64,000 bases of DNA. It comes from Eukaryota sp. TZLM1-RC (lineage: Eukaryota; Protista; Metamonada: BaSk clade). This document shows, piece by piece, positions 33,481-45,584 of the stretch (position 1 is its first letter; the number at the start of each line of letters is the position of its first letter). Both the position numbers and the translations under genes were made by a program. Location of the stretch: positions 62,001-126,000 of the forward strand of contig JAUPSS010000013.1 of NCBI GenBank assembly GCA_040285825.1, given 5' to 3'. The notes beneath the pieces were generated by a model, which was not told where the DNA came from, made no database searches, and saw only the letters and a list, made by a program, of their open reading frames with translations.

Positions 33481-34704
33481 TGATATTTCATGTTGAGCAG
33501 TAAATTTCAGAAAATCTCAAAAAGTCACTGGGATATCATTATCCATAAGAAATAGAAATAATAAATAGACAAAACAAAACTTGACCTTGACGGTTCTCTT
33601 TTCTTCGATCAATTTTGATTTTTTCATTCATTTCTACACGGAATTGTAGTTTTCAATACATGGACTTACTCAATTCAAAAAAACTGGCAATTCACAGAAC
33701 CTAAAAGGAAATTGAATTAATGAGTCTCTGACTGATGCAAATGCATTAGCTCTAATCTGGAATAATTATAATCTGGAATAACAATTTTGATCTACAATTT
33801 TGATCTACATTTCTTTTGCCAGCTTAAATTGCACCATTCCAAACAAATTGGTGGGCAAAACAAACACTTATACCTGCCAACAATCGTTGTTGTTGATTTA
33901 ATATTCGATCCAATTTACAAAAATTGTGGAGTTGGTTAACAATGGTCAAGAAACATCACGCTATTTTTAAATAAAGTTCTACTTTTAATTCAAATAAATA
34001 TATTCTATTTTTGAAACATTGATAGTACGTTGTTGGTCGACCTAGGAAAATTTGAACTTTTAGATGGAACATTTGTACAAACAAGGTTCAGACTTGAATA
34101 GGTGTCCAATTAAATTGAACTTCTATTTTTTCCTGATTTTATATAAATTATGTTGGAAAAAATTTGGACTTTTATTATCAAAGCCAGCATAAAATCATTT
34201 AATGTTTAATTCCAATTTTAATCAACTAGAAAAACATTTGTCTGGAAAAATATATAGTTTATAATATAATATAATAATAATATGATTTAATATAAATTAC
34301 AATTATATGGAAAACTTGTGATAATGTTGTATTATTTCTATTTGAGTTGCGTTTAAAGCCTTTAAATTAAAAAAACACAAAATAGTCACATGCATCAATT
34401 TGATAAATAGTCTCAATTATTGAACAATTTAGAAATAATAATAATGAAAAATCAGTTGTACTTACTCTTTGTAAATCATTCGTCTATTGTTGAATTTTGT
34501 ACAGCTCTTGGGAAGCTTTTATACATGATCACTTTTTGTTCTCAGATTATTCCCCATTCCGGGTGAAAGTTTAAGAATAGTTAAACATTAATGGTTCTAC
34601 TTTCAAATTTTCAATTCTGAAAATTGGTCGAAATTGGCAGTTGAAAGTTTCATAATTGTTTTGCAGTTTCAACTTGCAAACTCCAAAACAATTTTCTTTA
34701 TCTG

Positions 34705-36027
34705 ATGTTCACCAACATCTCCACTCACGATCTCTACGATCTGGCTTCAAGCTATCCTATTCGATCAATCGCCCTGCTTTCTTATGCTGTCTCAACCTTA
34801 TGGGGTTACTATCTTTCTTATCGGCAACATCGCCGTTACAAGCAGCTTGATCGCCCAACCAAGCTTGAACCCTATATTCCGGCTGAACAATATCGCACTT
34901 CTCGACTGTACGCTGATGCAAAGCTGAAATTAGGATTCGTCAGCTCTCTCCTTAGTACGACCATGTCCATCCTTTTCCTCACCACCCCTCTCTTCACTTT
35001 CACTTGGAACTGGGCCTATCAATTCCTCACTCGATTTCCTTCCCTGGGCGCAATTGGTGAACTCAAGGTCACCATCACCTTGGTTATCCTCTCTATACCT
35101 TTTTCTCTCATCACTTCTCTCCCTTTTTCCATTTATGGCACCTTTGTTATCGAAGAAAGGTTTGGGTTTAACAAATGTACTCCAAGGACATTTGTTGCTG
35201 ATACAATTAAAGGTCTTTTGTTGAAACTTTTGTTAGCACCCCTGCTTACAGGATTGGTCATTTACGTAATTAAGCACACGGGTCCTCTATTTTACATTTA
35301 TCTGTCTATTGTTTTATTTGTTTTATCTCTTTTATTTTCTGTTATCATCCCTAATTTTATTATGCCAATTTTTAATAAATTCACCCCCATTGAGGATGAT
35401 GAATTAAAAGAAGAAATCAATAAATTATCCCAAAAAACCAACTTTCCAATTAAAGAAGTTTACCAAATGGATGCTTCTAAAAGATCCAAACATTCCAATG
35501 CTTTTTTTATTGGCTTATTCCCTAGAGCCAGAAAGCTTGTTTTGTATGATACTCTAATTGAGCAGTTAGATAATGATGAGATTATTGCAGTTTTGGCTCA
35601 TGAAGTAGGACACAAGAAGAAAAGACACACGTTATTAATGTTGGTTCTTAATCAAGTTTCTATTGTTATTAGTTTGTTTTTGTTTTCTAAAGCGTTAGAA
35701 TGGAAAAGTGAAATTCAGAGTGAATTTGGTCTTAGTTATTGTCCAATTGTACTCTCAATCACTGTTTTCTTTACTATTCTAGGTCCTTCTGATGAATTCG
35801 TCGGACTCTTGGTCAACTTTGTTCTCCGCAGTTTTGAGCGTCAGGCTGATAGATTTGCCGTGAGATTGGGTGGTAACGTTCCATTAGACTCGGCTTTAAT
35901 TAAGTTGAATCTTGAAAATTTAAGTGATTCAAACCCTGATCCTTTGGTAGTAGTGACTAATTATTCCCATCCTCCATTGTTAGATAGGTTGGAGTTTATT
36001 GAGAAGGAAAGGTCAAAGGTCGAATAG
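34705..36027 (+). CDS. STE24: CAAX prenyl protease 1 (peptidase M48, Ste24/ZMPSTE24)
   Basis: TFVIEERFGFNK, IMPIFNKFTP, DASKRSKHSNAFF, LYDTL, HEVGH zinc motif, ERQADRFA and YSHPPL. Confidence 0.96.
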   Translation: MFTNISTHDLYDLASSYPIRSIALLSYAVSTLWGYYLSYRQHRRYKQLDRPTKLEPYIPAEQYRTSRLYADAKLKLGFVSSLLSTTMSILFLTTPLFTFTWNWAYQFLTRFPSLGAIGELKVTITLVILSIPFSLITSLPFSIYGTFVIEERFGFNKCTPRTFVADTIKGLLLKLLLAPLLTGLVIYVIKHTGPLFYIYLSIVLFVLSLLFSVIIPNFIMPIFNKFTPIEDDELKEEINKLSQKTNFPIKEVYQMDASKRSKHSNAFFIGLFPRARKLVLYDTLIEQLDNDEIIAVLAHEVGHKKKRHTLLMLVLNQVSIVISLFLFSKALEWKSEIQSEFGLSYCPIVLSITVFFTILGPSDEFVGLLVNFVLRSFERQADRFAVRLGGNVPLDSALIKLNLENLSDSNPDPLVVVTNYSHPPLLDRLEFIEKERSKVE

Positions 36028-36451
36028 TGTGGTTGTTTTGAATTTGATTATTTGAGTGATTTGAATAAATTGTTTTGCGGTGGCTATCGATTATTTAATA
36101 CGGGAGGTCAAATTATTTGTCATATTAAAATCTCCCAACGACGTTAATTAGGACAAATAGGTCAATCGTGAGGCATCTTTATTCTGCTGCTGAGGAGGTT
36201 TGGGTGGTGGCCAAAACATTTTTCATTGGAGGGCTAAATCTGAGAGTGTATGGAATTCCATAGAACTACTATTTAGTTAATTAAGTAATGATGCGCCGTT
36301 TGTTTCAACCCAACTCTTCTTTCGATATTGGCTTTCATGAACAATATATGAATTGTGGAATCTTCAAACAAATTTGAATTGTCTCCTTCTCCAAAAATTC
36401 CTTCAACAGTAATAAGCACTTGCTTCATTGTTATATACACTATAAACAACA

Positions 36452-39400
36452 ATGGCATCTCATGGAGAAAAGTTTCCTATGCCTCCAGAGCATCTACGCA
36501 AAATCTTTCAAGATCATGGAGATATGAGTGACAAGAAGTTTGCTGCAGATCGCCGTGCTTATCTCGGTGCACTTAAATATGTACCTTATGCGATCTTCAA
36601 ACTCCTCGAATCAATGCCTATGCCATGGGAATCTCAACGTCTCGTCAATGTGGTATATCACTCCACAAGCGCTCTTACTGTTGTCAATGAAACTCCCCGT
36701 GTCATTGAACCCATCTTCCTCGCTCAATGGGCGTTATCCTGGTTATCCATGAGACGAGAGAAGAGAGACCGTCAAAACTTTCGAAGAATGAAGTTTCCTC
36801 CTTTTGATGATGAAGAACCCCCACTTGATTTTGGAGAAAACATCCTCCCTCTCAATACACCAGATCCCATCGATCTTCCTTTAGATAGAGATGATGACCC
36901 TGTGGTTTATGATTGGATATTCCATCATTTACCTTTAATCGAGAAGCAGGGTATTGTCAATGGTCCTTCTTATCGCTCTTATAGACTTCCATTACCGATT
37001 CTTTCTTCCATCTATCGTCTTGCTCTCCCTCTCCTCAACCAACCAACCGACCCAAACTTCAACTATCTTTTTAATAAAGCATCCTTTCTTACTTCCAAAG
37101 CTCTTGGCCTGGCGATTCCTGGGGGTCCAAAGTTTGAGCCTCTCTACCCAATGCTGAGTAGTGATGACGTGGCAGATGAGTTTTCTGACGTCAACAAAGT
37201 AGTCCATCGACAGGGTATTAGGACAGAGCACAGGATTGCGTTACCTCATTTTTATAATGCTAGGCCTAGAGGAGTCGTGACTGGCCCCTATAAATATCCT
37301 ATCAATTTAAAACAACCAATAGATTTAAATGATTTAGAACCAGAAAGTTTGGGGTTTTATTGGAGGAGTGATTTGCATCCTATTCCAGCAGTAGAAGAGA
37401 CCAATCAATCACATGATGATGACGTAGTGATGACGTCATCAATCACACCATTGTTGACCGGTTTCCCCCTTAATCCACCATATTCTTCGGCATGCATTTC
37501 CTTGTTCTTTGCACCCAGTCCTTTCAATAAGAGAAATGGCTACACTAGAAGGTCCATGGATGTTGCTATAATGAAGTCTTGGTATAAGAACAGGACTGGC
37601 TATTTACCTGATGCTAAGCTGAGAGTTGCTCATCAGAAGTTGCTAAAGGATGAAGTAAAGAGGGAAGTTAAAGGAGAAAAGAAGGGATCAAGAAAAGCTC
37701 AAAGAAAGGTGGCTGCCAAATTTTTACAAACTAAATATTTCGAAACCACTACCATTGATTGGTTAGAAGCTGGTTTACAATTGGTAAAGCAAGGTCACAA
37801 TATGTTAACCTTGCTTATTCATCGGAAGAACCTGACATACCTCCATTTGGATTATAATTTCACTTTAAAACCAGTTAAAACACTAACCACCAAGGAGCGT
37901 AAGAAGAGTAGGTTTGGGAATGCTTTCCATTTAGTTCGAGAGCTACTCAAGTTCACCAAGCTAGTAGTGGATGCTCACGCTTTGTTTAGAATAGGTAATA
38001 TTGATGCTTATCAGTTGGCTGATGGTTTGCAGTACTTGTTTACTCATTTGGGCCATTTAACTGGAATGTATCGGTATAAATACAAACTAATGCACCAAGT
38101 TCGCATGTGTAATGACCTCAAATCACTTTATGATCACAGATTTGACCAACCTCCTTTAGTTGCAGGACCTGGTAATGGTTTCTGGCTTCCTACGTGGCGG
38201 ACCTGGATGTTTTTCATGAGGGGTTTGCTTCCGTTAATAGAAGGATGGTTGGGAAATCTTCTAGCTAGACAGTTTGAAGGGAGAGCTCAAATGTCACACA
38301 GCAGAAGTGTTACGAAACAACGTGTTGAGTCTAATTTTGATTTAGAACTTCGAGCTTTGGTCTTACAGGATGTAATGGACGTTATGCCAGCTGGTACTGC
38401 TTACCAAGGGGTTGCCAAGAGAATTATTGCACATTTAGGTGAAGCTTGGAGGTGTTGGAAGGCTAATTTACCTTGGAAAGTACCTGGAATGCCTGGTCCA
38501 ATTGAGGAAATGATATTAAGATATGTTAAAATGAAAGCAGATTGGTGGACTCAATCAGCTCATATTATGAGGGAAAGGGTCAAAAAAGGAGTTGCAGTTG
38601 ATAGAATAATGGCTCGCAAGAACCTTGGAAGAGTAGCAAGACTGTGGCTAAAAGAAGAACAAACGAGGCAGAATATCTATCAAAAAGAAGGTCCATATCT
38701 GTCGATTGACCAAGGGGTGTCCATGTATCGTTCACTAGTGAAATGGTTGGAAAATAGGGAATTTGCTCCAATACCATTCCCTCCTTTGAGTTATAAACAT
38801 GATAACAAGCTACTCATTCTTGCTTTAGAGGGTTTGAAAGAAGCGTATGTGGTTAAGACAAGATTGAATAGAGCTCAAAGAGAAGAACTTGGCCTTATAG
38901 AACAGGCTTATGAAGATCCTCAAACAGCACTGACCAGAATCAAGAAACATCTACTGACTCAACGTACCTTTAGAGAAGTGAAACTTGAGTTTTTTGACTT
39001 ATACACAGAAGTTTATCCCGTTTACGAAATTGAACCATTAGAAAAGATTACAGATGCATATTTAGATCAGTATTTGTGGTATGAAGCTGAAAAGAGGGGT
39101 CTGTTTCCTAATTGGGTTAAACCCTCCGACAATGAGCCCGCACCTCTGCTAGTGCACAAGTGGGCGACTAGCATCAACTCATTAACTAACATTTGGGAGA
39201 CAGAAAGTGGAGAAACCGTAGTCCATGCAGAAATACCATTACAACGAATCGCAGAGAACATTGATCTCACTTTGTTGAATACCCTTCTCAAAGTTATTAT
39301 GAATCCCTCCTTGGCTGATTACATCACTGCTAAAATGAACGTAGTGCTTTCATTTAAAGATATGAGCCATACGAACACTGTCGGCATGGTCAAGGGTCTT

Positions 39401-42400
39401 CAATTTGCTTCATTTGTTTTTCAATTCTACTCAATGGTTATAGACCTCGCTCTTATTGGGCCTAATAGAGCTTCTGAACTACTTGGTCCTGTGGATTCAC
39501 CTAATGAGTTTGCCACGTGGCATGACGTGGAAGTTGAAACCAAACACCCTCTAAGGCTTTATTGTAGAGATGTAGATACTGTGTATATGTTGTTTAAATT
39601 CTCTCAATCTCAATCACGTGATCTGATTAATCGATATTTGACCTCTCATGACGTGGCAGAGTTTGCAGACACGTTTCCAATCAAATCTTCTTGGCCTCCC
39701 GCTGAAAGAATGCGTCTCACCAAGCATGATACCACAGTGGCTAGAGCTTTGTTTTGGAATTTAAAACAACGAATTCCCTCAGCTTTGTGTAATTTATCAT
39801 GGAATGACTCTTTTATGTCGGTGTATTCCTCAAGTAACCCCGCTCTTTTAATTGAACTTTCACAATTTGATTTAAGAATTGTTCCCGTGTCGAGGATTGG
39901 AAAAGATGCTGTCGCTAATAGAACCGAGTCTACATGGGCTCTTCAAGACCAAATCACAAAGGATCGCACGGCACTGGCTTTTGTTCGGGTGTCCAAAAAA
40001 GGAATGGAGAGGTTTAATAATAGAGTTCGTCAGATTTTGATCACTTCTGCCTCCACTACTTTTTCGAAAGTTATCAACAAATGGAACACGACCCTCCTTG
40101 GCATGGTGTCCTACTTTAGAGAAGCTATTGTCCATTCACCTGAACTCCTTGATTTAATCGTCCGCTGTGAAAATAAGATTCACACCAGAGTCAAAGTTGG
40201 ACTTAATTCCAAAATGCCTTCTCGTTTCCCTCCTGTCGTTTTCTATGCACCCAAAGAACTTGGCGGTCTAGGTATGCTCTCGATGGGCCATATCCTCATT
40301 CCCCAGCAAGATATGAGGTATTCCCAACAAACAGTGAGTGGAATAACCCATTTTAGGGCGGGGTTATCTACTGATCAGGAACAGTTAATTCCTAATTTGT
40401 TTAAGTACATAACCCCATGGGAGGCTGAAATCACTGATTCTCAAAGGGTTTGGGCTGGTTATGCCTTGAAAAGACAAGAAGCAGCGGCTGAAGGTAGACC
40501 ATTAACCCTTGAAGATATGGAAGATGCCTGGGAACGAGGTGTCCCGAGAATATCAACTCTTTTCCAGAAGGATCGTCATACTTTAGCCTATGACAAGGGA
40601 TGGAGGGTGCGGGCGGCATTCCGAAAATACCAGTTACTCCGAATTAATGCTTTTGGCTGGACAAACGCTAGACATGATGGTAGACTCTGGAACCTTACCA
40701 ACTATAGAACAGACTTGATTCAAGCTTTGGGCGGTATAGAAACTATTCTAGAGCATTCGTTATTCAAGGCGACAGGGTTTACTTCATATGAGAATTTGTT
40801 CTGGGAGCGTACTTCAGGATTTGAAGAAGCAATGAAGTTCAAAAGGTTGACGAATGCTCAACGAACTGGTTTAAACCAAATTCCCAATAGAAGGTTCACT
40901 TTATGGTGGTCACCTACGATCAACCGAGCTGATGTTTACGTTGGCTTTCAGGTTCAGTTAGATTTGACTGGAATTTTTATGCATGGTAAGATCCCAACAT
41001 TGAAAATTTCGTTAGTCCAAATTTTCAGAGCCCATCTGTGGCAAAAAATTCACGAATCGGTTGTTTTTGATCTTTGTAACATTATCGACCGCGAAATGGA
41101 CAGGTTGGACATTGAAACTGTTCAAAAAGAAACTATTCATCCAAGAAAGTCATATAAAATGAATTCCTCAACTGCAGATATTACTCTCTCATCAAGCTTT
41201 AAATGGCCAGTTTCCCCACCTTCCCTTCTTTCTGCGGATGATTCGTTTGATCTCGCACATAGTTCTAAGTTGTGGATTGACGTTCAACTACGATGGGGTA
41301 ATTACGACCAGCATGATATTGAAAGATATTCAAGGGCAAAATTTTTGGAGTATACCACTGACAGCACATCCATTTACCCTTCCCCGACAGGTATTTTAAT
41401 TGCTATTGATCTCGCTTATAATCGCTACTCTGCCTATGGTAATTGGATTCCGGGACTCAAACCACTTTTACAGCAAGGAATGGATCGGGTAATGAAAAGT
41501 GATCCTGCATTGTACGTGTTGCGAGAACGTATTCGCAAGGCTTTACAACTCTACTACGCCGAACCTACACAAACTTATTTAAATTCTACTAATTATGGTG
41601 AGTTATTCGCAAAGGGAACTACTTGGTTTGTGGATGATTCTGCCGTATACAGAGTGACAATGAGGAAATCTACAGAAGGTAGTGTGATTACCAAACCAGT
41701 AAATGGTGCTGCTTTCTTCTTTAACCCTAGAATTGGCCAACTTTACCTTAAGGTTATGCACACTTCCATATGGGCTGGTCAAAAAAGACTTGGTGGGGTT
41801 GCCAAGTGGAAAACCGCTGAGGAATGTGCTGGGCTTGTTCAATCATTGCCAGAAGTAGAGCGACCTGAAACCATTATTGTCACCAGAAAAGGAATGATGG
41901 ATCCTTTAGAAGTTCACTTGATAGATTTCCCCAATATCTCTTTGAAGGGATGTGAGCTTTTACTACCATTTACTGGGCTCTTGAAGCATCCAAGACTAGG
42001 AAATAGAGTGTTATCGGCAACAGAGCCTCAAATGGTACTCTACAATCTATATGATGATTGGTTGGACTCCATTCCCGCTTACACTGCTTTCTCTAGGTTA
42101 ATTCTAATTCTCCGTGCTCTAACCATTGACCAAGACAAGGCATTTTCGATCCTCAACAGTACCGCCCCCACCACCAAACCTGAACATCTATGGCCAAGTT
42201 TAAGTGGCGAGGAGTGGATTACGGCAGAGCAAAAGCTTAAAGATTTGGTTATTGTTGATTTTGGTGTCAAAAATAGCGTAAATGTGGAGAACTTGACTCA
42301 GTCTGAAATGCGAGACATTATATTAGGGATGGAAATTTCAATGCCCAACACTGTTGAAGAAAAGATCAAAAAGATTGATGAAGAAAGAAGACTACCTTCC

Positions 42401-43345
42401 GAATTGTCAACAGTCACTACGAAAACTCTCACTAGGCATGGTGATGAAGTCGTGGTGACTACCACATCCAAATACGAGCAAGAGACGTTTAAATCAAGAG
42501 CTGACTGGAGACAGAGAGCACTTGCTTGCACCACTTTGGTTTCTCGATGTGCAAATCTTATAGTAAATTCCAATCCGACCACTGAATCTCCATTGTATGT
42601 TTTCCCTCAGAATTTAATTAAAAAGTTTGTTTCTATTTGTGATATAAGGGCTCAAGTGGGTGGCTTTGTTTATGGAATTCAACTCGAGGAAGGAGTTTTT
42701 GAAGTTCGGTCTATTGTCGTTCCGTACCAGTTTTCGGATCACCAATCAATTACTCTTCCTCTGGGTGATCCTTCCCATCCTGCAGTTGAACAATTGGTTC
42801 CTCTTGGTTGGGTTCATTCAGTAACTTATGCTTCATCTGCTTCGTTGTTGTCTCCAGTAGCAGCAGTGAATCACTCAAAAATGATTGTCAATCATTCATC
42901 TTGGGGGTCACATTCAGCTATTTTTGAACTGGTATTGTCAGCCGGAAGCGTGACTCTCTCTTGCCATCATTTAACGTCATCAGGTTTTGACTGGACGAGA
43001 CCTTTGATTGAAAGAGATTCTACTTTTATATTATCAGCGGCAAATTCGGAACAAAATCCATGGAATAATAACTTTTCCATTCTTGGCCAAGTTAGTGTGT
43101 CTTCATCATTTAAAGGATTCTTCTTGGTTCCAGCTGATACTGATGGGTTGTGGAATCTTAATTTTCTTGTTGGGAGGAGAAACTTATTGTCGTCATTGTC
43201 AGAATTTCCAGTCGTTTGTGGAACTCCATTGACATTTTTCGATCCCCTACACAGACCAACTCACTTCATTGGACCTGCAAAATTTGGTGGTAAATTTTCT
43301 AAAAAGAGCACAGTCGGACAAGATTCTGAAAATTTGTTTGAATAG
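36452..43345 (+). CDS. PRP8: Pre-mRNA-processing-splicing factor 8 (2297 aa), intronless
   Basis: MPPEHLRK, PPFDDEEPP, TTKERKKSRFGNAFHL, KMPSRFPPVVFY, QIPNRRFTLWWSPTINR, HPRKSYKMNSS; C-terminal Jab1/MPN domain. Confidence 0.99.
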   Translation: MASHGEKFPMPPEHLRKIFQDHGDMSDKKFAADRRAYLGALKYVPYAIFKLLESMPMPWESQRLVNVVYHSTSALTVVNETPRVIEPIFLAQWALSWLSMRREKRDRQNFRRMKFPPFDDEEPPLDFGENILPLNTPDPIDLPLDRDDDPVVYDWIFHHLPLIEKQGIVNGPSYRSYRLPLPILSSIYRLALPLLNQPTDPNFNYLFNKASFLTSKALGLAIPGGPKFEPLYPMLSSDDVADEFSDVNKVVHRQGIRTEHRIALPHFYNARPRGVVTGPYKYPINLKQPIDLNDLEPESLGFYWRSDLHPIPAVEETNQSHDDDVVMTSSITPLLTGFPLNPPYSSACISLFFAPSPFNKRNGYTRRSMDVAIMKSWYKNRTGYLPDAKLRVAHQKLLKDEVKREVKGEKKGSRKAQRKVAAKFLQTKYFETTTIDWLEAGLQLVKQGHNMLTLLIHRKNLTYLHLDYNFTLKPVKTLTTKERKKSRFGNAFHLVRELLKFTKLVVDAHALFRIGNIDAYQLADGLQYLFTHLGHLTGMYRYKYKLMHQVRMCNDLKSLYDHRFDQPPLVAGPGNGFWLPTWRTWMFFMRGLLPLIEGWLGNLLARQFEGRAQMSHSRSVTKQRVESNFDLELRALVLQDVMDVMPAGTAYQGVAKRIIAHLGEAWRCWKANLPWKVPGMPGPIEEMILRYVKMKADWWTQSAHIMRERVKKGVAVDRIMARKNLGRVARLWLKEEQTRQNIYQKEGPYLSIDQGVSMYRSLVKWLENREFAPIPFPPLSYKHDNKLLILALEGLKEAYVVKTRLNRAQREELGLIEQAYEDPQTALTRIKKHLLTQRTFREVKLEFFDLYTEVYPVYEIEPLEKITDAYLDQYLWYEAEKRGLFPNWVKPSDNEPAPLLVHKWATSINSLTNIWETESGETVVHAEIPLQRIAENIDLTLLNTLLKVIMNPSLADYITAKMNVVLSFKDMSHTNTVGMVKGLQFASFVFQFYSMVIDLALIGPNRASELLGPVDSPNEFATWHDVEVETKHPLRLYCRDVDTVYMLFKFSQSQSRDLINRYLTSHDVAEFADTFPIKSSWPPAERMRLTKHDTTVARALFWNLKQRIPSALCNLSWNDSFMSVYSSSNPALLIELSQFDLRIVPVSRIGKDAVANRTESTWALQDQITKDRTALAFVRVSKKGMERFNNRVRQILITSASTTFSKVINKWNTTLLGMVSYFREAIVHSPELLDLIVRCENKIHTRVKVGLNSKMPSRFPPVVFYAPKELGGLGMLSMGHILIPQQDMRYSQQTVSGITHFRAGLSTDQEQLIPNLFKYITPWEAEITDSQRVWAGYALKRQEAAAEGRPLTLEDMEDAWERGVPRISTLFQKDRHTLAYDKGWRVRAAFRKYQLLRINAFGWTNARHDGRLWNLTNYRTDLIQALGGIETILEHSLFKATGFTSYENLFWERTSGFEEAMKFKRLTNAQRTGLNQIPNRRFTLWWSPTINRADVYVGFQVQLDLTGIFMHGKIPTLKISLVQIFRAHLWQKIHESVVFDLCNIIDREMDRLDIETVQKETIHPRKSYKMNSSTADITLSSSFKWPVSPPSLLSADDSFDLAHSSKLWIDVQLRWGNYDQHDIERYSRAKFLEYTTDSTSIYPSPTGILIAIDLAYNRYSAYGNWIPGLKPLLQQGMDRVMKSDPALYVLRERIRKALQLYYAEPTQTYLNSTNYGELFAKGTTWFVDDSAVYRVTMRKSTEGSVITKPVNGAAFFFNPRIGQLYLKVMHTSIWAGQKRLGGVAKWKTAEECAGLVQSLPEVERPETIIVTRKGMMDPLEVHLIDFPNISLKGCELLLPFTGLLKHPRLGNRVLSATEPQMVLYNLYDDWLDSIPAYTAFSRLILILRALTIDQDKAFSILNSTAPTTKPEHLWPSLSGEEWITAEQKLKDLVIVDFGVKNSVNVENLTQSEMRDIILGMEISMPNTVEEKIKKIDEERRLPSELSTVTTKTLTRHGDEVVVTTTSKYEQETFKSRADWRQRALACTTLVSRCANLIVNSNPTTESPLYVFPQNLIKKFVSICDIRAQVGGFVYGIQLEEGVFEVRSIVVPYQFSDHQSITLPLGDPSHPAVEQLVPLGWVHSVTYASSASLLSPVAAVNHSKMIVNHSSWGSHSAIFELVLSAGSVTLSCHHLTSSGFDWTRPLIERDSTFILSAANSEQNPWNNNFSILGQVSVSSSFKGFFLVPADTDGLWNLNFLVGRRNLLSSLSEFPVVCGTPLTFFDPLHRPTHFIGPAKFGGKFSKKSTVGQDSENLFE

Positions 43346-43757
43346 ATTTGATGAGCACGAAATATTTGATAAATATTATTAGTTTTAGTTTTATTTTATT
43401 TTAAATATACTTGATTAACAAATTGTTTTTTGAGGATACGATAGTAAAAAAAACTTACAAGATTAATCAACAACACACCCACAAGAAAGGATTCTCAACT
43501 TGCACTGTGGTCAATTACTGTTGTAAAAATTTTTAAATTTTTACTGACAGAATTTGTCTTCAACGGATTCTACAACCAATCTGAAATGGAAATTAAATTT
43601 ATTGAATAAAATAATTCACATTCAAAAATGTAAATTTTTCTTTTTCAATTAAAATGAATAAACTTATTATTAAAAGATCAAATTAATTTATAGATATTTT
43701 AAATTTAATAATCTCAATAGTGCTCAAGGAGTTGAAGAACTTTCAAATTACTTAAGT

Positions 43758-45326
43758 TTGACGTATAATCTCCAACTTGATGCGCATTCTTCACTACAGA
43801 CCTGTATCAGGGAGGCATTTCAAGAAGTATTTCATGACGTAAAGCTGTTCCGTCTTCTTAAAATGTACCAATTGGTTACTGATTGTGGATCAGATTATGT
43901 TTCTTTTCTTCAGCTGAATTCCTTGAACCTTCAGTCTGATTTGGTTAATGTGTTGCAGATAAAGTAATAAGCCGCAATACATTTACAACTTCATTTCCCC
44001 TTGTTTCTAGACGGTTTTTAAATCTCTTCTTCACAACACTCCACACGGTGGCCTTTGAAGTTCATGTCCAATATGACCGACATTCTTCTAGATTTCTAGA
44101 GTTTTTAACAAATCTTTCGAATTGCAAAGTTATCGCAACGAACACTGAGTCATTATTGTCATGTAACCACTCTTTTTGCCCCTCGTCCCTTGTGATCAAT
44201 TCAGTTTCAATGCCTGTCTCTCTGTCCTTGTCTGAGTTTATTTGCCAAACCAAGCTTATTTCAGTTGAGCTTCGTGGTAAAGGTGGTTTACAGCTTGTAA
44301 TTGACGAGTTACCACCTTCCGTCAACTGTATTTCATTGGCAGCTGAATCTATTGAGTTCTCCATTCAAGCTGATTTAAGCAGAATCAAAACTCTACACAT
44401 TTCTGATTGTCAGAGACTCTCTGGTGCAGATCAAATACAATTTCTCCAACCTTTGAAACTTGCACGTTCAGAATTTGAAGATTTATGTCAACTTGTTTAT
44501 GAAAATACCTATTTGACTCACCTTCATTTGCTAGAGGTTGGCGCCAAATAGAAATTTAAATCTAAGTCATCATTCAAACTTGTGCTTCATTAAAGTAGTC
44601 AATTTTTCTGGAGGAATGATCACTCTACCTCGAATACGATGTATGAAATCACTCAGTCTTCATCATGATGTCTCGCTACTTGGCTTCCCTGAAGACAGTC
44701 TCGACGCTGACATTGATTTGATGACTACAAACATCGATCATCTCTGTTTGAATCCAGGTACATCACTATTTGAACTACTTGTGGTTAACAAATCATTTCA
44801 GTTGAATCTGTTGCATCTTGAAATAGTTGAATGGAGCAGTGAATCATTGAATGGGTTGGAAGAATTTCGGCAAGTTAAAACATTATCCTTGGTGAGTTGT
44901 GTTGTAGATGATTTATCAAACGTGTCTAAAATGCCTTGCTTGGATGTACTTAATCTTTATGAAGGCATATATTTTTTTGGTCATCTCTCTTTTAGAATAA
45001 GAAAGTTGACATTGGATTTTGCTAGTAAGACACGACTACAACACGTTTTTCCAGGTCTGTTACCATCCCTGGAAATCTTAAATTTAAGATACGATACTTT
45101 TGTTTTTTTAAGAGAAAAATTGGCTTGTTATTCTGAGTTGATGATTCGGCTCATTGATCATGATACTGCTGATATTCCACTACAAAGTGTACTGAAGAAC
45201 CAGCCTTCTGCTATCATTAGATTTGTTGACGCACTTGTTCGCAACAACAGAAACGACATAAGATTTTTTTCTTTTTTTTTCTTTTTTTTCATAAAAAATA
45301 TAGAGTACTGGTTGAAAAGACAATAA
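43758..45326 (+). pseudogene. Leucine-rich-repeat-like gene, interrupted by stops/frameshifts
   Basis: LxxLxL patterns (LTHLHL, VKTLSL, LDVLNL, LEILNL) over ORFs 44048..44551 and 44538..45326 in different frames. Confidence 0.55.
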
Positions 45327-45584
45327 AAGCGATATCTTAATTTGATTTTACCTTTAAATTATGTTCAGCTTATGCAATATGAAATAATGCAGGAAAATGT
45401 TCCTGGTGATGCTTTAAGGTGTCAAACACTATTTTGTGGCTTCAAATTAAAAAATCTATGTTTTATTTTAAATGATTCATTGTAATTATTGATCATTATT
45501 AAAATTTGTAAATTAAATTCATTAAATTTGGAGATCAATTGCTGCATTTAACGATTTTTTTTCTTTTTTTGTGAAAACAAGAAC

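Noticed and set aside
40780-40830. Prp8 intein
   Set aside because: The usual insertion region reads LFWERTSGFEEAMK uninterrupted and the protein length is normal.
36528-43232. Short ORFs overlapping Prp8 and other long genes
   Set aside because: Antisense or alternate-frame shadows without recognisable motifs.
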